This document shows, one piece after another, positions 7,307-18,002 of a stretch of DNA of 21,010 nucleotides. The notes beneath the pieces are model-generated. The model saw only the letters and a list, made by a program, of their open reading frames with translations, did not search any database and was not told the DNA's origin. The DNA comes from Candidatus Krumholzibacteriia bacterium (lineage in GTDB: Bacteria > Krumholzibacteriota > Krumholzibacteriia > LZORAL124-64-63), in NCBI GenBank assembly GCA_036351155.1, contig JAZBOO010000340.1, forward strand, positions 1 through 21,010, in the 5' to 3' direction. Positions within the stretch are counted from its first letter, which is position 1; every line of letters begins with the position of its first letter. Position numbers and translations under genes: made by a program.

Positions 7307-9013
7307 TTATATTTCCTCGGGCCCATCCAGGAAGTAGTTGAAATCCTCGAACTCCTCGGCGTGCAGGATCTCGTAAACATGGGCCGGCGTCTTGGCGTTG
7401 TAGAGCTGCAGCTGCAGGGCCCAGTTCGAACCCAGATTGCGCGCCAGCACCCCCTGCACTTCCATGAACCGGCCATCGTCTTCAGGCGGCGCTGCCAGCA
7501 AGACCAGACACCGCAGCGGGAGTCCGTCCGGGGACTCGAGCGGGAGTCCCACCTTGCTGATCCCCATGACCCCCACCAGGTTCTGCCCATCGGCCAGGCA
7601 ACCGTGAGGCACCGCCAGTCCCCGGCCAATACAGCTGGACATGATGGTCTCCCGCGCCATGATCTCGCCCAGGAAATCCTCCCGATCCACCTGCAGCCCA
7701 TGGCTGGAAATCATCAGGTCCACCAGCTTCCCCATGGCCTCTTCCTTCGACTCGGCCTGGAAGTCGGTGATGATGTTTTCCTCATGAATGAAATCGATCA
7801 ATCTCGGCCGGTCCTGCCCCAGATTTCCGGAACGTGCCATGGCCCAGCGGGTGGTGATGGGGCCCACGATCTCGTTGACCGCCACCGAAGCCACCCCCAC
7901 GGCCAGAACCACGCTGCTGACGGGATCGAAAACCGGATCATCGCGCAGCTGCAGCAACAGCCCCACAGCCACTCCGGCCTGGGGAATGAGACCCAGTCCC
8001 AGGTAACGCCGCACATTGACCGTCCCCTTGGCCAGGCGCATGGCGAGCTGACCGCTCCACACCTTGCCCAGCCCCCGCGACACGACGAACAAGGCCACCA
8101 GCACCCAGCCCGTGGCCAGGAATCCGAAATCCAGCCCCATCCCCGCCAGCGTGAAGAACACGGCCAGCACGGCCGGTTCGAAGTTGGCGAAAACCCGGTG
8201 ACCGATCTCTTCCTTTTCCGGCGCCAGGTTCGCGATGGTCACGCCCAGGAACAGGCAGGCCAGCAGATTGGACACGGCAAAAAAATCGGCCAGCCCTGTG
8301 GTCAGGAAAATGGAAATGATGGAGACGGTGGTGACCTGTTCGGTCTGGATCACATGCTTGGTGCCGAGAACCAGAGCCAGCCCCACCACTCCCCCCAGCA
8401 GCGCGGCACCGCCCAGCTGAATCAGCGGGGCCATCAGGACATCCATGGTGGTGGTGGACGCCGTGGGATCCAGGGTGACCTTGACCGCCGATGACGCCAT
8501 TTCAAACAGGGTGATGCAGGCGATGTTGTTCAAGGCCACCGCGGCAATCAGGGTGCGCACGTACACACCCTTGGACCGGGTCTCCTTGACGATGGCCAGC
8601 ACGGTGGCCGGAGCGGTGGAAATGGCCAGAGCGCCGAACAGGACGCCGAAGGTCCAGTCCCGCCCTGCGCCCAGAACCAGGGCCAGGTAAACCAGAAACG
8701 GCGTCAGGGTGATTTCCAGGAGCAACAGGGTGCCCAGACGACGAAAGGAATTGCGCAGTCGCCGGAGGTGCAGGTGAGTCCCCACATCCACGGCAATCAA
8801 GCCCAGGGCGAAGTGGATGATGGGCCGCAGGCCTTGGAGGGCTTCGTGGCCGGAAACGTGCAAAACCGAGGGGCCCAGGATTATACCCGCCAAAATTTGA
8901 CCGGTCACCGAGGGCAGGTTCATGCGCTTGGCCAGCTGACCACAAAGGGCCCCGAAGGCCAGCAGGACTGCAAGAACAAACAGGGCGTTTTCACTGGGTA
9001 GGTGTAGCATCAT
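7307..9013 (-). CDS. Cation:proton antiporter (CPA/Kef-like) fused to a C-terminal PTS EIIA domain
   Basis: N-terminal ~400 aa multi-TM region with CPA-type segments (GIILGPSVL, STAPATV, FFTLAG, PQAGVAVG). C-terminal ARE...SSCIGRGLAVPHG matches the EIIA (Fru/Mtl/Ntr) phospho-His motif. Alternative starts: GTG 9031 or ATG 9010. Confidence 0.88.
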   Translation of the reverse strand: MMLHLPSENALFVLAVLLAFGALCGQLAKRMNLPSVTGQILAGIILGPSVLHVSGHEALQGLRPIIHFALGLIAVDVGTHLHLRRLRNSFRRLGTLLLLEITLTPFLVYLALVLGAGRDWTFGVLFGALAISTAPATVLAIVKETRSKGVYVRTLIAAVALNNIACITLFEMASSAVKVTLDPTASTTTMDVLMAPLIQLGGAALLGGVVGLALVLGTKHVIQTEQVTTVSIISIFLTTGLADFFAVSNLLACLFLGVTIANLAPEKEEIGHRVFANFEPAVLAVFFTLAGMGLDFGFLATGWVLVALFVVSRGLGKVWSGQLAMRLAKGTVNVRRYLGLGLIPQAGVAVGLLLQLRDDPVFDPVSSVVLAVGVASVAVNEIVGPITTRWAMARSGNLGQDRPRLIDFIHEENIITDFQAESKEEAMGKLVDLMISSHGLQVDREDFLGEIMARETIMSSCIGRGLAVPHGCLADGQNLVGVMGISKVGLPLESPDGLPLRCLVLLAAPPEDDGRFMEVQGVLARNLGSNWALQLQLYNAKTPAHVYEILHAEEFEDFNYFLDGPEEI

Positions 9014-9075
9014 CCGCGGAAGTATGCCCACAAGATGCGCGGCCCGCCAGTGCTAATTGCAATTTTCGCCACAAG

Positions 9076-9104
9076 TTGACCGGGTGGGGGATTCAGGCTA
9101 GAAT
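9076..9104 (+). promoter_or_regulatory. Sigma-70-type promoter for the hybrid kinase operon
   Basis: TTGACC (9076-9081) - 17 nt - TAGAAT (9099-9104), 5/6 consensus in each box, 41 nt upstream of ATG 9146. Confidence 0.7.
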
Positions 9105-9145
9105 CCCGCCAGGTATTCCCTACCCACCTGGACGGAGTTTTGACC

Positions 9146-11794
9146 ATGCACCGAGACATCCGAATGGCCCTCACGGCCCTGCTGGTCTTCCTCTTCTTCT
9201 GGGTGGGGAGCGCCCTGGTCGATGTGGGCCTTCACCCCGGCATCCCACTCCGGGACGTGGTTTTTGCTCCCACTGCCCGGGAGTTTCAGGTACGCCTGCT
9301 CGGCGGTATGGCCCTGGCCGGCTGTGCCGTGGTCCTGATGGTCAACCGGCGGCTGAACCGAAACATTCGCCGTGCCCAGTCCGAACAGGAAAAAATATTC
9401 CAGCAACTTCTGTCCGCCAGCCCTGACTATATCCTGGTGCACGTGGACCACCATCTGGTGTTCGCCAATCTCAACGCCCGCGATTTCCTGGGCCTTGCCG
9501 AACCGGAAGACCTGACGAGTATTGATGTCAGGGATCTGCTCACACCAGTTTCCCGGTCCCTGGTCATGGCCCATCACGACCGCCTGATGGAACTTGCCGA
9601 ACAGAATAGCCTTCAGCTTGAGATCCGACGCCACGACAGTGTTTACCGTGAAATTGAAGCGACCAACAGCAGGATCCTCTGGCAAGGTCAACCCGCTGTT
9701 CTGACCTTTTTCCGGGATGTCACCGAAGCCAACCGGGCCCGTCAGGAGATGGTGGCCAACAGCGAGCGCCTGAGGCTGGCAGTGGAAGCCGCCCGGGACG
9801 GGGTCTGGGACTGGAACATCGCCACTGGCCGGATGGTTTACAGCGAATCCTGGGCCGCCATGCTGGGGTTCCAGCTGGAAGAGATCACCGATAACCTGGA
9901 CACCTGGCGCGACCTGATCCACCCGCGCGACTATCTCCGCGCCCAGACCCTGCTGGACAACCATCTCGAAGGGTTCGTGCCGGGCTACGAGATCGAGGTC
10001 CGACTGCGTCACAAGAATGGTCACTACATCTGGGTGCTGGACCGGGGACGCGTGGTCGAACGGGACAGCCAGGGACATCCTCTGCGCATGACAGGCACTC
10101 ACCGCGATATCACGGCGCGCAAGGAAGCCGAACTGGCTCTGGAAATTCGCAATCGGGTGGCCGAAGCCTTTCTGACCAGCAGTGCCGACACTCTCTTCGC
10201 CGAGATCCTGGCCATCATCTGCGCGACCCTGGAGACACCGTTCGGTCTCTTTTCCACCCTGGATACTCAGGCCAATCTCCAGATCGTGGCCACGATCCCC
10301 GAAGCGGAGGCCACCTCCACCCTGATTCAGAATGACCCCTCATTTCATCGCGATGACTTGCCCCAGGTCCTGGACACCCTCATCAATCAGGGCCGCTACG
10401 TTCTCAACAATGAGGGCGTGGCCCCCCCGGATTTCCCCCTGTCCTTGAGCTGTCTGCTGGGGGTTCCCATCAGCAACCGGCAACAGATTCTGGGGGCGGT
10501 CTTCGTCGGGGACAAGGAGGGCGGCCTGGAGCAATCGGACCGTCTTTTCCTGGAATCTCTGACCGGCTACATCGCCCCGCTGCTTCAAGCACATCTGAAC
10601 AGCGAGCACAAGGAAACCCAGCTGCGGCAAGCCCAGAAAATGGAAGCTCTGGGATCCCTGGCCGGAGGCATTGCCCATGACTTCAACAACATCCTGCAAG
10701 CCATCATGGGGTTCACCACCCTGGCCCTGGAAGACGCCGGGCCTGAAGGCCACCTGCCCGGCGATCTCCAGCGTGTGCTGAAAGCCACCCGCCGGGGCCA
10801 GGAACTGGTGCAGCGCATTCTTCTTTTCAGCCGGCGTGACGAGAAGAAACACGAATCGGTTCTGGTCGAGAATGTGGTCCAGGAGGCACTGAATCTGCTG
10901 CAACCCTCCACCCCGGCCACCATCCAGATCAATGCTCGGCTGGAGGCCCCCGGAGCCCATGTCGTGGGTGACCCCAGCCAGATCAGCCAGGTTCTCCTGA
11001 ACCTGGCCACCAATGCCTGCCATGCCATGGAGCCGGACGGCGGTATACTGGATGTGGAGCTGACCCTGCTGCCGGGCGATGTTTTTCACCCAGGCCGTCC
11101 CGAGAATCTGGAGGGAATGGACCTGCTGGTGTTGACCATTTCCGACACCGGATCGGGCATGAGCGAATCCGTCCAGGCTCGCCTGTTCGACCCCTTCTTC
11201 ACCACCAAGGAAGTGGGCCGGGGCACGGGCCTGGGCATGTCCATGGTCCATGGGATCGTGCAGGACCACGGCGGGGAGATTCTGGTGCACAGCGAACTTG
11301 AAACAGGAACCACCGTTACGGTATTCTTGCCTCAGCTTTCAACCACCGGGCCGGGCGCTGAGATCCCGGCCACCTTCATTCCCGGGGTGGGGCCCAAGGC
11401 TCATGGCCATCGCCACGTGGCCCTGGTGGATGATGAAGAGGACATCACCGATCTGGGAGCCGCCCTGCTGCAGCGCGCCGGCTACCAGGTCACCACACGG
11501 AACAATGGCCAGGGCATCCTGGATCTGGTCCAGGAGAATCCCGGGGCATTTGATCTGGTGGTGACCGATCTGACCATGCCCCAGATCACCGGGCTGCAGC
11601 TGGCCCGCAAACTTGAAAATATGGCTCCGTCCATTCCGGTCCTGCTGATCACCGGCATGACCGAGGAGCGGGCTCTGGATCTGCAGGGCCACCCCAATAT
11701 CAAAGGGTTGATCCGCAAACCCTTCGGGCGCGAGGTCCTCCTGGGGCAGGTGGACAGTATCCTGCGCCAGTTCAATCCGGTGGAAGGGAGTTGA
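9146..11794 (+). CDS. Hybrid sensor histidine kinase (2 TM - PAS - PAS - GAF-like - HisKA - HATPase - receiver)
   Basis: PAS motifs DGVWDWN and IHPRDY...RLRHKNGHYIWV; H-box LAGGIAHDFNN; N-box NLATNA; DTGSGM; FDPFFTTK; GTGLG; receiver LVDDE...TDLTMP...KPF. ATG 9146 has GGAG 8 nt upstream. Confidence 0.95.
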   Translation: MHRDIRMALTALLVFLFFWVGSALVDVGLHPGIPLRDVVFAPTAREFQVRLLGGMALAGCAVVLMVNRRLNRNIRRAQSEQEKIFQQLLSASPDYILVHVDHHLVFANLNARDFLGLAEPEDLTSIDVRDLLTPVSRSLVMAHHDRLMELAEQNSLQLEIRRHDSVYREIEATNSRILWQGQPAVLTFFRDVTEANRARQEMVANSERLRLAVEAARDGVWDWNIATGRMVYSESWAAMLGFQLEEITDNLDTWRDLIHPRDYLRAQTLLDNHLEGFVPGYEIEVRLRHKNGHYIWVLDRGRVVERDSQGHPLRMTGTHRDITARKEAELALEIRNRVAEAFLTSSADTLFAEILAIICATLETPFGLFSTLDTQANLQIVATIPEAEATSTLIQNDPSFHRDDLPQVLDTLINQGRYVLNNEGVAPPDFPLSLSCLLGVPISNRQQILGAVFVGDKEGGLEQSDRLFLESLTGYIAPLLQAHLNSEHKETQLRQAQKMEALGSLAGGIAHDFNNILQAIMGFTTLALEDAGPEGHLPGDLQRVLKATRRGQELVQRILLFSRRDEKKHESVLVENVVQEALNLLQPSTPATIQINARLEAPGAHVVGDPSQISQVLLNLATNACHAMEPDGGILDVELTLLPGDVFHPGRPENLEGMDLLVLTISDTGSGMSESVQARLFDPFFTTKEVGRGTGLGMSMVHGIVQDHGGEILVHSELETGTTVTVFLPQLSTTGPGAEIPATFIPGVGPKAHGHRHVALVDDEEDITDLGAALLQRAGYQVTTRNNGQGILDLVQENPGAFDLVVTDLTMPQITGLQLARKLENMAPSIPVLLITGMTEERALDLQGHPNIKGLIRKPFGREVLLGQVDSILRQFNPVEGS

Positions 11795-11800
11795 TCGCTC

Positions 11801-12172
11801 ATGGCCGGTATTCTCGTCATCGAAGATGATCCCCAGGTTCGGGAATTTCTGACCGAACTGCTGCGCCGGGAAGGGCACCTGGTGACCGAAGCCGCGGACG
11901 GCCGTCAGGGGATTCACGCTTACCGCAACAATGAAATCGACCTGATCATCACCGACCTGTTCATGCCAGTCAAAGAAGGGCTCGAGACCATCATCGATCT
12001 CCGCAAGGAATACCCTGATCTGAAAATTATCGCCATTTCAGGGGGGAACCGGGACGGCAAAGGAGATTATCTGAGGGCGGCTCAGCTCTGTGGTGCCCAG
12101 CATATTTTCCACAAACCATTCGAAAAAAACGCCTTGCTGGCAGCGGTCAATCAGTTGCTGGCCATACCATGA
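11801..12172 (+). CDS. Single-domain response regulator (receiver only)
   Basis: IEDD acidic pocket, TDLFMP (phospho-Asp52), AISGG, KPF. 123 aa, no output domain. Confidence 0.93.
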   Translation: MAGILVIEDDPQVREFLTELLRREGHLVTEAADGRQGIHAYRNNEIDLIITDLFMPVKEGLETIIDLRKEYPDLKIIAISGGNRDGKGDYLRAAQLCGAQHIFHKPFEKNALLAAVNQLLAIP

Positions 12173-12199
12173 GGGCCCTGTGGGGCGGGAAGGTCTAAG

Positions 12200-12565
12200 A
12201 TGGCGAGGATATTGATCATCGAGGACGACAACGAGGTTCGCGAATATCTGGAAAGCGTCATTTCACGCGCCGGGTACGAGGTGATCTCTGCCGAGAACGG
12301 CAAGGAAGGGGTGGAGCTCTTTGCCACCCAGCCAGCCGATCTGGTGGTGACCGACATCATCATGCCCGAAAAGGACGGCATTGAAACCATCATGGACCTT
12401 CGCCGTGCGAATCCCGGGCTGAAGGTCATTGCCATTTCGGGCGGAGGGCGCAGCGAACCCGAGAACTACCTGCACAGCGCCCGCCTGCTGGGGGCCAATC
12501 GCACCATGAAGAAGCCCTTTACCAACCAGGAAATGCTGGCGGCCATTGCCGATCTGCTGACCTGA
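12200..12565 (+). CDS. Single-domain response regulator (receiver only), paralog of the preceding gene
   Basis: IEDD, TDIIMP (phospho-Asp52), AISGG, KPF. 121 aa. Confidence 0.93.
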   Translation: MARILIIEDDNEVREYLESVISRAGYEVISAENGKEGVELFATQPADLVVTDIIMPEKDGIETIMDLRRANPGLKVIAISGGGRSEPENYLHSARLLGANRTMKKPFTNQEMLAAIADLLT

Positions 12566-14544
<1,979 letters not shown>

Positions 14545-14548
<4 letters not shown>

Positions 14549-15864
14549 CGGGGATCCCGCGCGGGCAGGATGGCACTGGTCACCTCACCGAAACCAACCC
14601 GGTAGCCGTCTCCCTGGCACCAGCCGGACATGGTGACCCGGTCACCATCGGCCAGGAACTTGCGCTCGTGTCCACCGGGAAGCGTCACCGGTTCGGTGCC
14701 CCGCCAGGTGATCTCCAGCATGGACCCGAAGCTGCCCTTGTCAGGCCCGCTGATGGTCCCGCTGGCCAGGAGGTCGCCCGTGTCCAGGTTGCACCCGGTC
14801 ACCGTGTGATGGGCCAGCTGCTGGGCCATGGTCCAGTACAGATGCTTGAAGTTGCTGGTGCACACCTGCAGACCCTCGCTCTCCTGAGCGGCGGTGATGT
14901 CCACAGTGAGATTGATGTCGTAGGTGTGGCGATCCTTTTCCTGCAGGTATTCCAGCGGGACCGGATCCTGCTCCGGGGCCGGGCAGCGGAACGGCGCCAG
15001 CGCTTCCAGAGTCACCACCCAGGGAGAAATGGTGGTGGCGAAATTCTTGGAGTTGAAGGGTCCCAGGGGCTGGTATTCCCACTTCTGGATATCTCGAGCC
15101 GACCAGTCATTGACCAGCACCAGGCCAAACACGTGATCCAGCGCCCGGTCCGCAGGCACCGCTTCGGACTGAGCATTGCCCTGGCCCACGAAGAAGCCCA
15201 TCTCCAGTTCAAAGTCCATGAGCCGGCAGGGACCATACACCGGAGGCTGGTCCTCGGCGGGCAGAGTTTGCCCCATGGGGCGCACCACATCGGTGCCCGA
15301 GATGTTCAGGGAGCTGGCCCGGCCATGGTATCCCACGGGCAGATGCAGCCAGTTGGGCATCAGCGCATTGTCCTTGCCGCGGAACATGATGCCCACATTG
15401 GTGGCATGCTCCTTGGAGCTGTAGAAGTCGGTGTAATCACGGACAGCCACGGGCATGTGCATGGTCACCGATGCGGCAGGTAACAGGGCGCGGCCTCGCA
15501 GAACCTCATCGTCCCGCAGCGTGGGCTCTTCCTCACGCAACAGCCCGTGCACCAGCAGGCGTACGGCACGCCGCCGGGGAGCATCGATGTCCATGAAAGG
15601 ATTCAGCACCGGGGCACTGAAAATGCCCAAGGGCAAGTCGGCGCTGTCCAGCAGCCCGCAATCCTGGAGCACCGACAGGTCCAGGACCAGATCCCCGATG
15701 CGCACTCCGATCCGGGGCTGTTCCTGGGGCGTGGGCGAAAACACCCCGAAGGGCAGATTCTGCAGGGGGAAGTGGGATTCCGGATCGACGGGTATGAATG
15801 ACCTGGCAGCCGGATCGCAGGTGGGGTCCTGGATGGACCCGGAAGTGACAGACATGCTGGGCAT
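14545..15864 (-). CDS. fahA: Fumarylacetoacetase
   Basis: Motifs FPLQNLPFGVF, DYTDFYSSKEHATNVG, PVGYHGRASS, DFELE, NDWSARDIQKWEY.PLGPF..K, SGTISG. AAGGA RBS. Confidence 0.96.
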
Positions 15865-15875
15865 GGTCCTTTCGG

Positions 15876-16811
15876 TTAGGTAAGTAGGCCGAGTTTCCGC
15901 AGGTCGTCCCGCGGTTCGTCAAAGGAGCAGCTGCCGAAGCCGGAGAGCATCCGGCTGCGCCAGCGGGCCACATCGGTGGCAGACACTTCATGGTCCTGCC
16001 AGCGGAAGGACCCTCGATGAAAACTGAAGGCGGCCGGATCGGTTTCCTGCAGGCAGGCGATCAGCTGATCAAGATCGAGCCCATGCGCCAGCGCCAGCAA
16101 TCCCGCGCCAAACACGTTGAGGAAGCCGTGCATCATCACCGGGGGATCATCGGCCTGATGACGCACCGGATGATGCAGCCCGGCCGTGCATTTCAGTGGA
16201 AGACCCAGAGCGGCCGCCTGGTGGATGACCCCGGCCAGGCGTTCCGGCGTGGGAAAAGCTTCGGGTGTCACTCCTCCGCAGCGGAACTTGCCCCGGAAAC
16301 CGATCCGGGAAAGAGCCGCCAGAACCACGGGGTCCTGCCGCGGATCTCCACCGGCCGGAACCTCGCCGTAGATTTCCGGAATATCCAGTTCCGCGGCCTC
16401 GAGGATCGCCGCCACGCTGGTCAAGAATCCGTCCAGGTCGGCCATGGCGTCCAGAGGAATGGGCATTTCCACCGCGGGAAAGGCCAGATCTCCCGCGTGA
16501 TGCTTGTACAGCTGGGCCATGCCGGCCAGCTGAACCGGCAGCTGGGCCAACATCTCGGACGCGGATCCAGGATGCCCCACCAGAACCGAGCACCGCCACG
16601 GTCCGGCCGCGGCAAACTCCGCCGGCAGAGCCGCCACCATTTCCTCGAGCCGTCCCGCGGGCACGATGAAGCGCCCCAGCATCCAGGCCTCGTCCTGAGT
16701 CCGGTAGGCCGCATAGCTGGCCACGGCCTGATCCATGGGCAAGGCGGCGGGCGGGAACAAACCCGCGTAATCCACCAGCCCCGACATGAAATGTTCGAAG
16801 GCGTGATCCAT
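15876..16811 (-). CDS. Conserved hypothetical protein (DYAGLFPPA...KCTAGLHH...FGSCS), candidate maleylacetoacetate-processing enzyme
   Basis: ATG 16811 overlaps the hmgA stop (TGATG) with a GGAGAGGG RBS. 311 aa, soluble, fills the hmgA-fahA gap. The CDS is well supported; the function is inference only. Confidence 0.85.
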   Translation of the reverse strand: MDHAFEHFMSGLVDYAGLFPPAALPMDQAVASYAAYRTQDEAWMLGRFIVPAGRLEEMVAALPAEFAAAGPWRCSVLVGHPGSASEMLAQLPVQLAGMAQLYKHHAGDLAFPAVEMPIPLDAMADLDGFLTSVAAILEAAELDIPEIYGEVPAGGDPRQDPVVLAALSRIGFRGKFRCGGVTPEAFPTPERLAGVIHQAAALGLPLKCTAGLHHPVRHQADDPPVMMHGFLNVFGAGLLALAHGLDLDQLIACLQETDPAAFSFHRGSFRWQDHEVSATDVARWRSRMLSGFGSCSFDEPRDDLRKLGLLT

Positions 16812-17980
16812 CAACCCTCTCCATCCTCGATCCAGGAGCGCCAGTAATCCGGGTCCTCGCAGGGCAACGCTTCCCGGGCCACCCGCAGGGGAGCGAAGGT
16901 GTCGACCATGACCGCCAGTTCCTCGGTTTTTTCCACGCCAATGCTGGCCTCGGCCTTGCCCGGCTGAGGCCCGTGGGGCAATCCATCCGGGTGCAGGGTC
17001 ACCGACCCCAGCTCGATTTCCTTGCGGCTCATGAACTCGTCGTTGCAGTAGTACAGGACCTCGTCGGTCATGACATTCGAGTGGTTGTACGGCGCCGGTA
17101 CCGCCTCGGGATGAAAGTCGAACAACCGCGGCACGAAGCTGCACAACACGAATCCGTCGCCTTCGAAGGTCTGATGGACCGGCGGCGGTTGATGCACACG
17201 CCCCACGATGGGTTCGAAGTCGTCGATATTGAAGGCCCAGGGGTAGTAGAACCCGTCCCAGCCCACCGTGTCGCAGGGGTGGTGGTCCATGATCAGACGG
17301 TGGCAGGTCTCACCCATCCGGGTGATGATCTCGAAGTCACCGGTCTCGTCGTGCACAACCAGCTCGCCGGGAGTACGGATATCGCGCTCACAGAAGGGGC
17401 TGTGCTCGAGCAGCTGGCCGTGGGCATTCCGGTAGCGCTTGGGAGTCCGCACATGGCCGCGACTTTCGATCACCAGGTGGATCTGCTGATCACCGCCAGG
17501 CACCAGGCGATGGATGATACCCCGAGGGATCACCAGGTAGTCCCCCTGGCGATAGGGCAGGTTGCCGAACTGGCTTTCCAGAACGCCAGAGCCCCGGGTC
17601 ACGTAGACAATCTCGTCGGCCTGACCATTGCGATAGAAAAAACTGTCTGCGGCCGTGGGCCGGCTCAGGGCCAGACTCAGGTCATTGTTGAAAAGCAACA
17701 GGGCGCGGTCCTTGACGGGACTTGACCCGCCATTTTCCAGTCGGTGGGTCCGCAGATGGCGCATGCGAAGGGCGGGATCATCTTCTCCCACGCGCGGCTG
17801 CACCCAGGCCTGTTCCATGTGCTTGATGGCCGTGGGAGCGCGCAACGTATAGAGCAACGACTGCAAGCCGGTGAAGCCCAGGTTGCCCATGAGGTGCTCG
17901 GGATACAGCGCGCCGTTTTCGCCCCGAAAAGCCACGTGACGCTTGGCGGGGATACGTCCCCGCTGCTGATAGAATGGCAT
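16811..17980 (-). CDS. hmgA: Homogentisate 1,2-dioxygenase
   Basis: FFYRNGQADE, VIPRG, HQPPPVHQTF, FVPR, and Fe-ligand motifs PYNHSN..DEV and PHGP. Directly downstream of hppD. Confidence 0.95.
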   Translation of the reverse strand: MPFYQQRGRIPAKRHVAFRGENGALYPEHLMGNLGFTGLQSLLYTLRAPTAIKHMEQAWVQPRVGEDDPALRMRHLRTHRLENGGSSPVKDRALLLFNNDLSLALSRPTAADSFFYRNGQADEIVYVTRGSGVLESQFGNLPYRQGDYLVIPRGIIHRLVPGGDQQIHLVIESRGHVRTPKRYRNAHGQLLEHSPFCERDIRTPGELVVHDETGDFEIITRMGETCHRLIMDHHPCDTVGWDGFYYPWAFNIDDFEPIVGRVHQPPPVHQTFEGDGFVLCSFVPRLFDFHPEAVPAPYNHSNVMTDEVLYYCNDEFMSRKEIELGSVTLHPDGLPHGPQPGKAEASIGVEKTEELAVMVDTFAPLRVAREALPCEDPDYWRSWIEDGEG

Positions 17981-18002
17981 ATTCCCTCTCTACAGTTACA
18001 GG

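Noticed and set aside
5906..8494. Long ORFs 5906..7126 (-) and 7301..8494 (+)
   Set aside because: Antisense to the PLP lyase and the antiporter; codon-bias shadows with no recognisable domains.
9060..9072. Sigma-54-like TGGC...TTGC on the minus strand upstream of the antiporter
   Set aside because: GG-to-GC spacing is 8 nt rather than the required 10.
16509..16549. Direct repeat CAGCTGGGCCA at 30-nt spacing
   Set aside because: In-frame coding repeat (AQL twice) inside the hypothetical gene; two short copies only, not CRISPR-like.
16812..17144. 111-aa N-terminal extension of the hypothetical protein in the ORF track
   Set aside because: It lies within hmgA in another frame; the coupled ATG at 16811 with its RBS is far more plausible.
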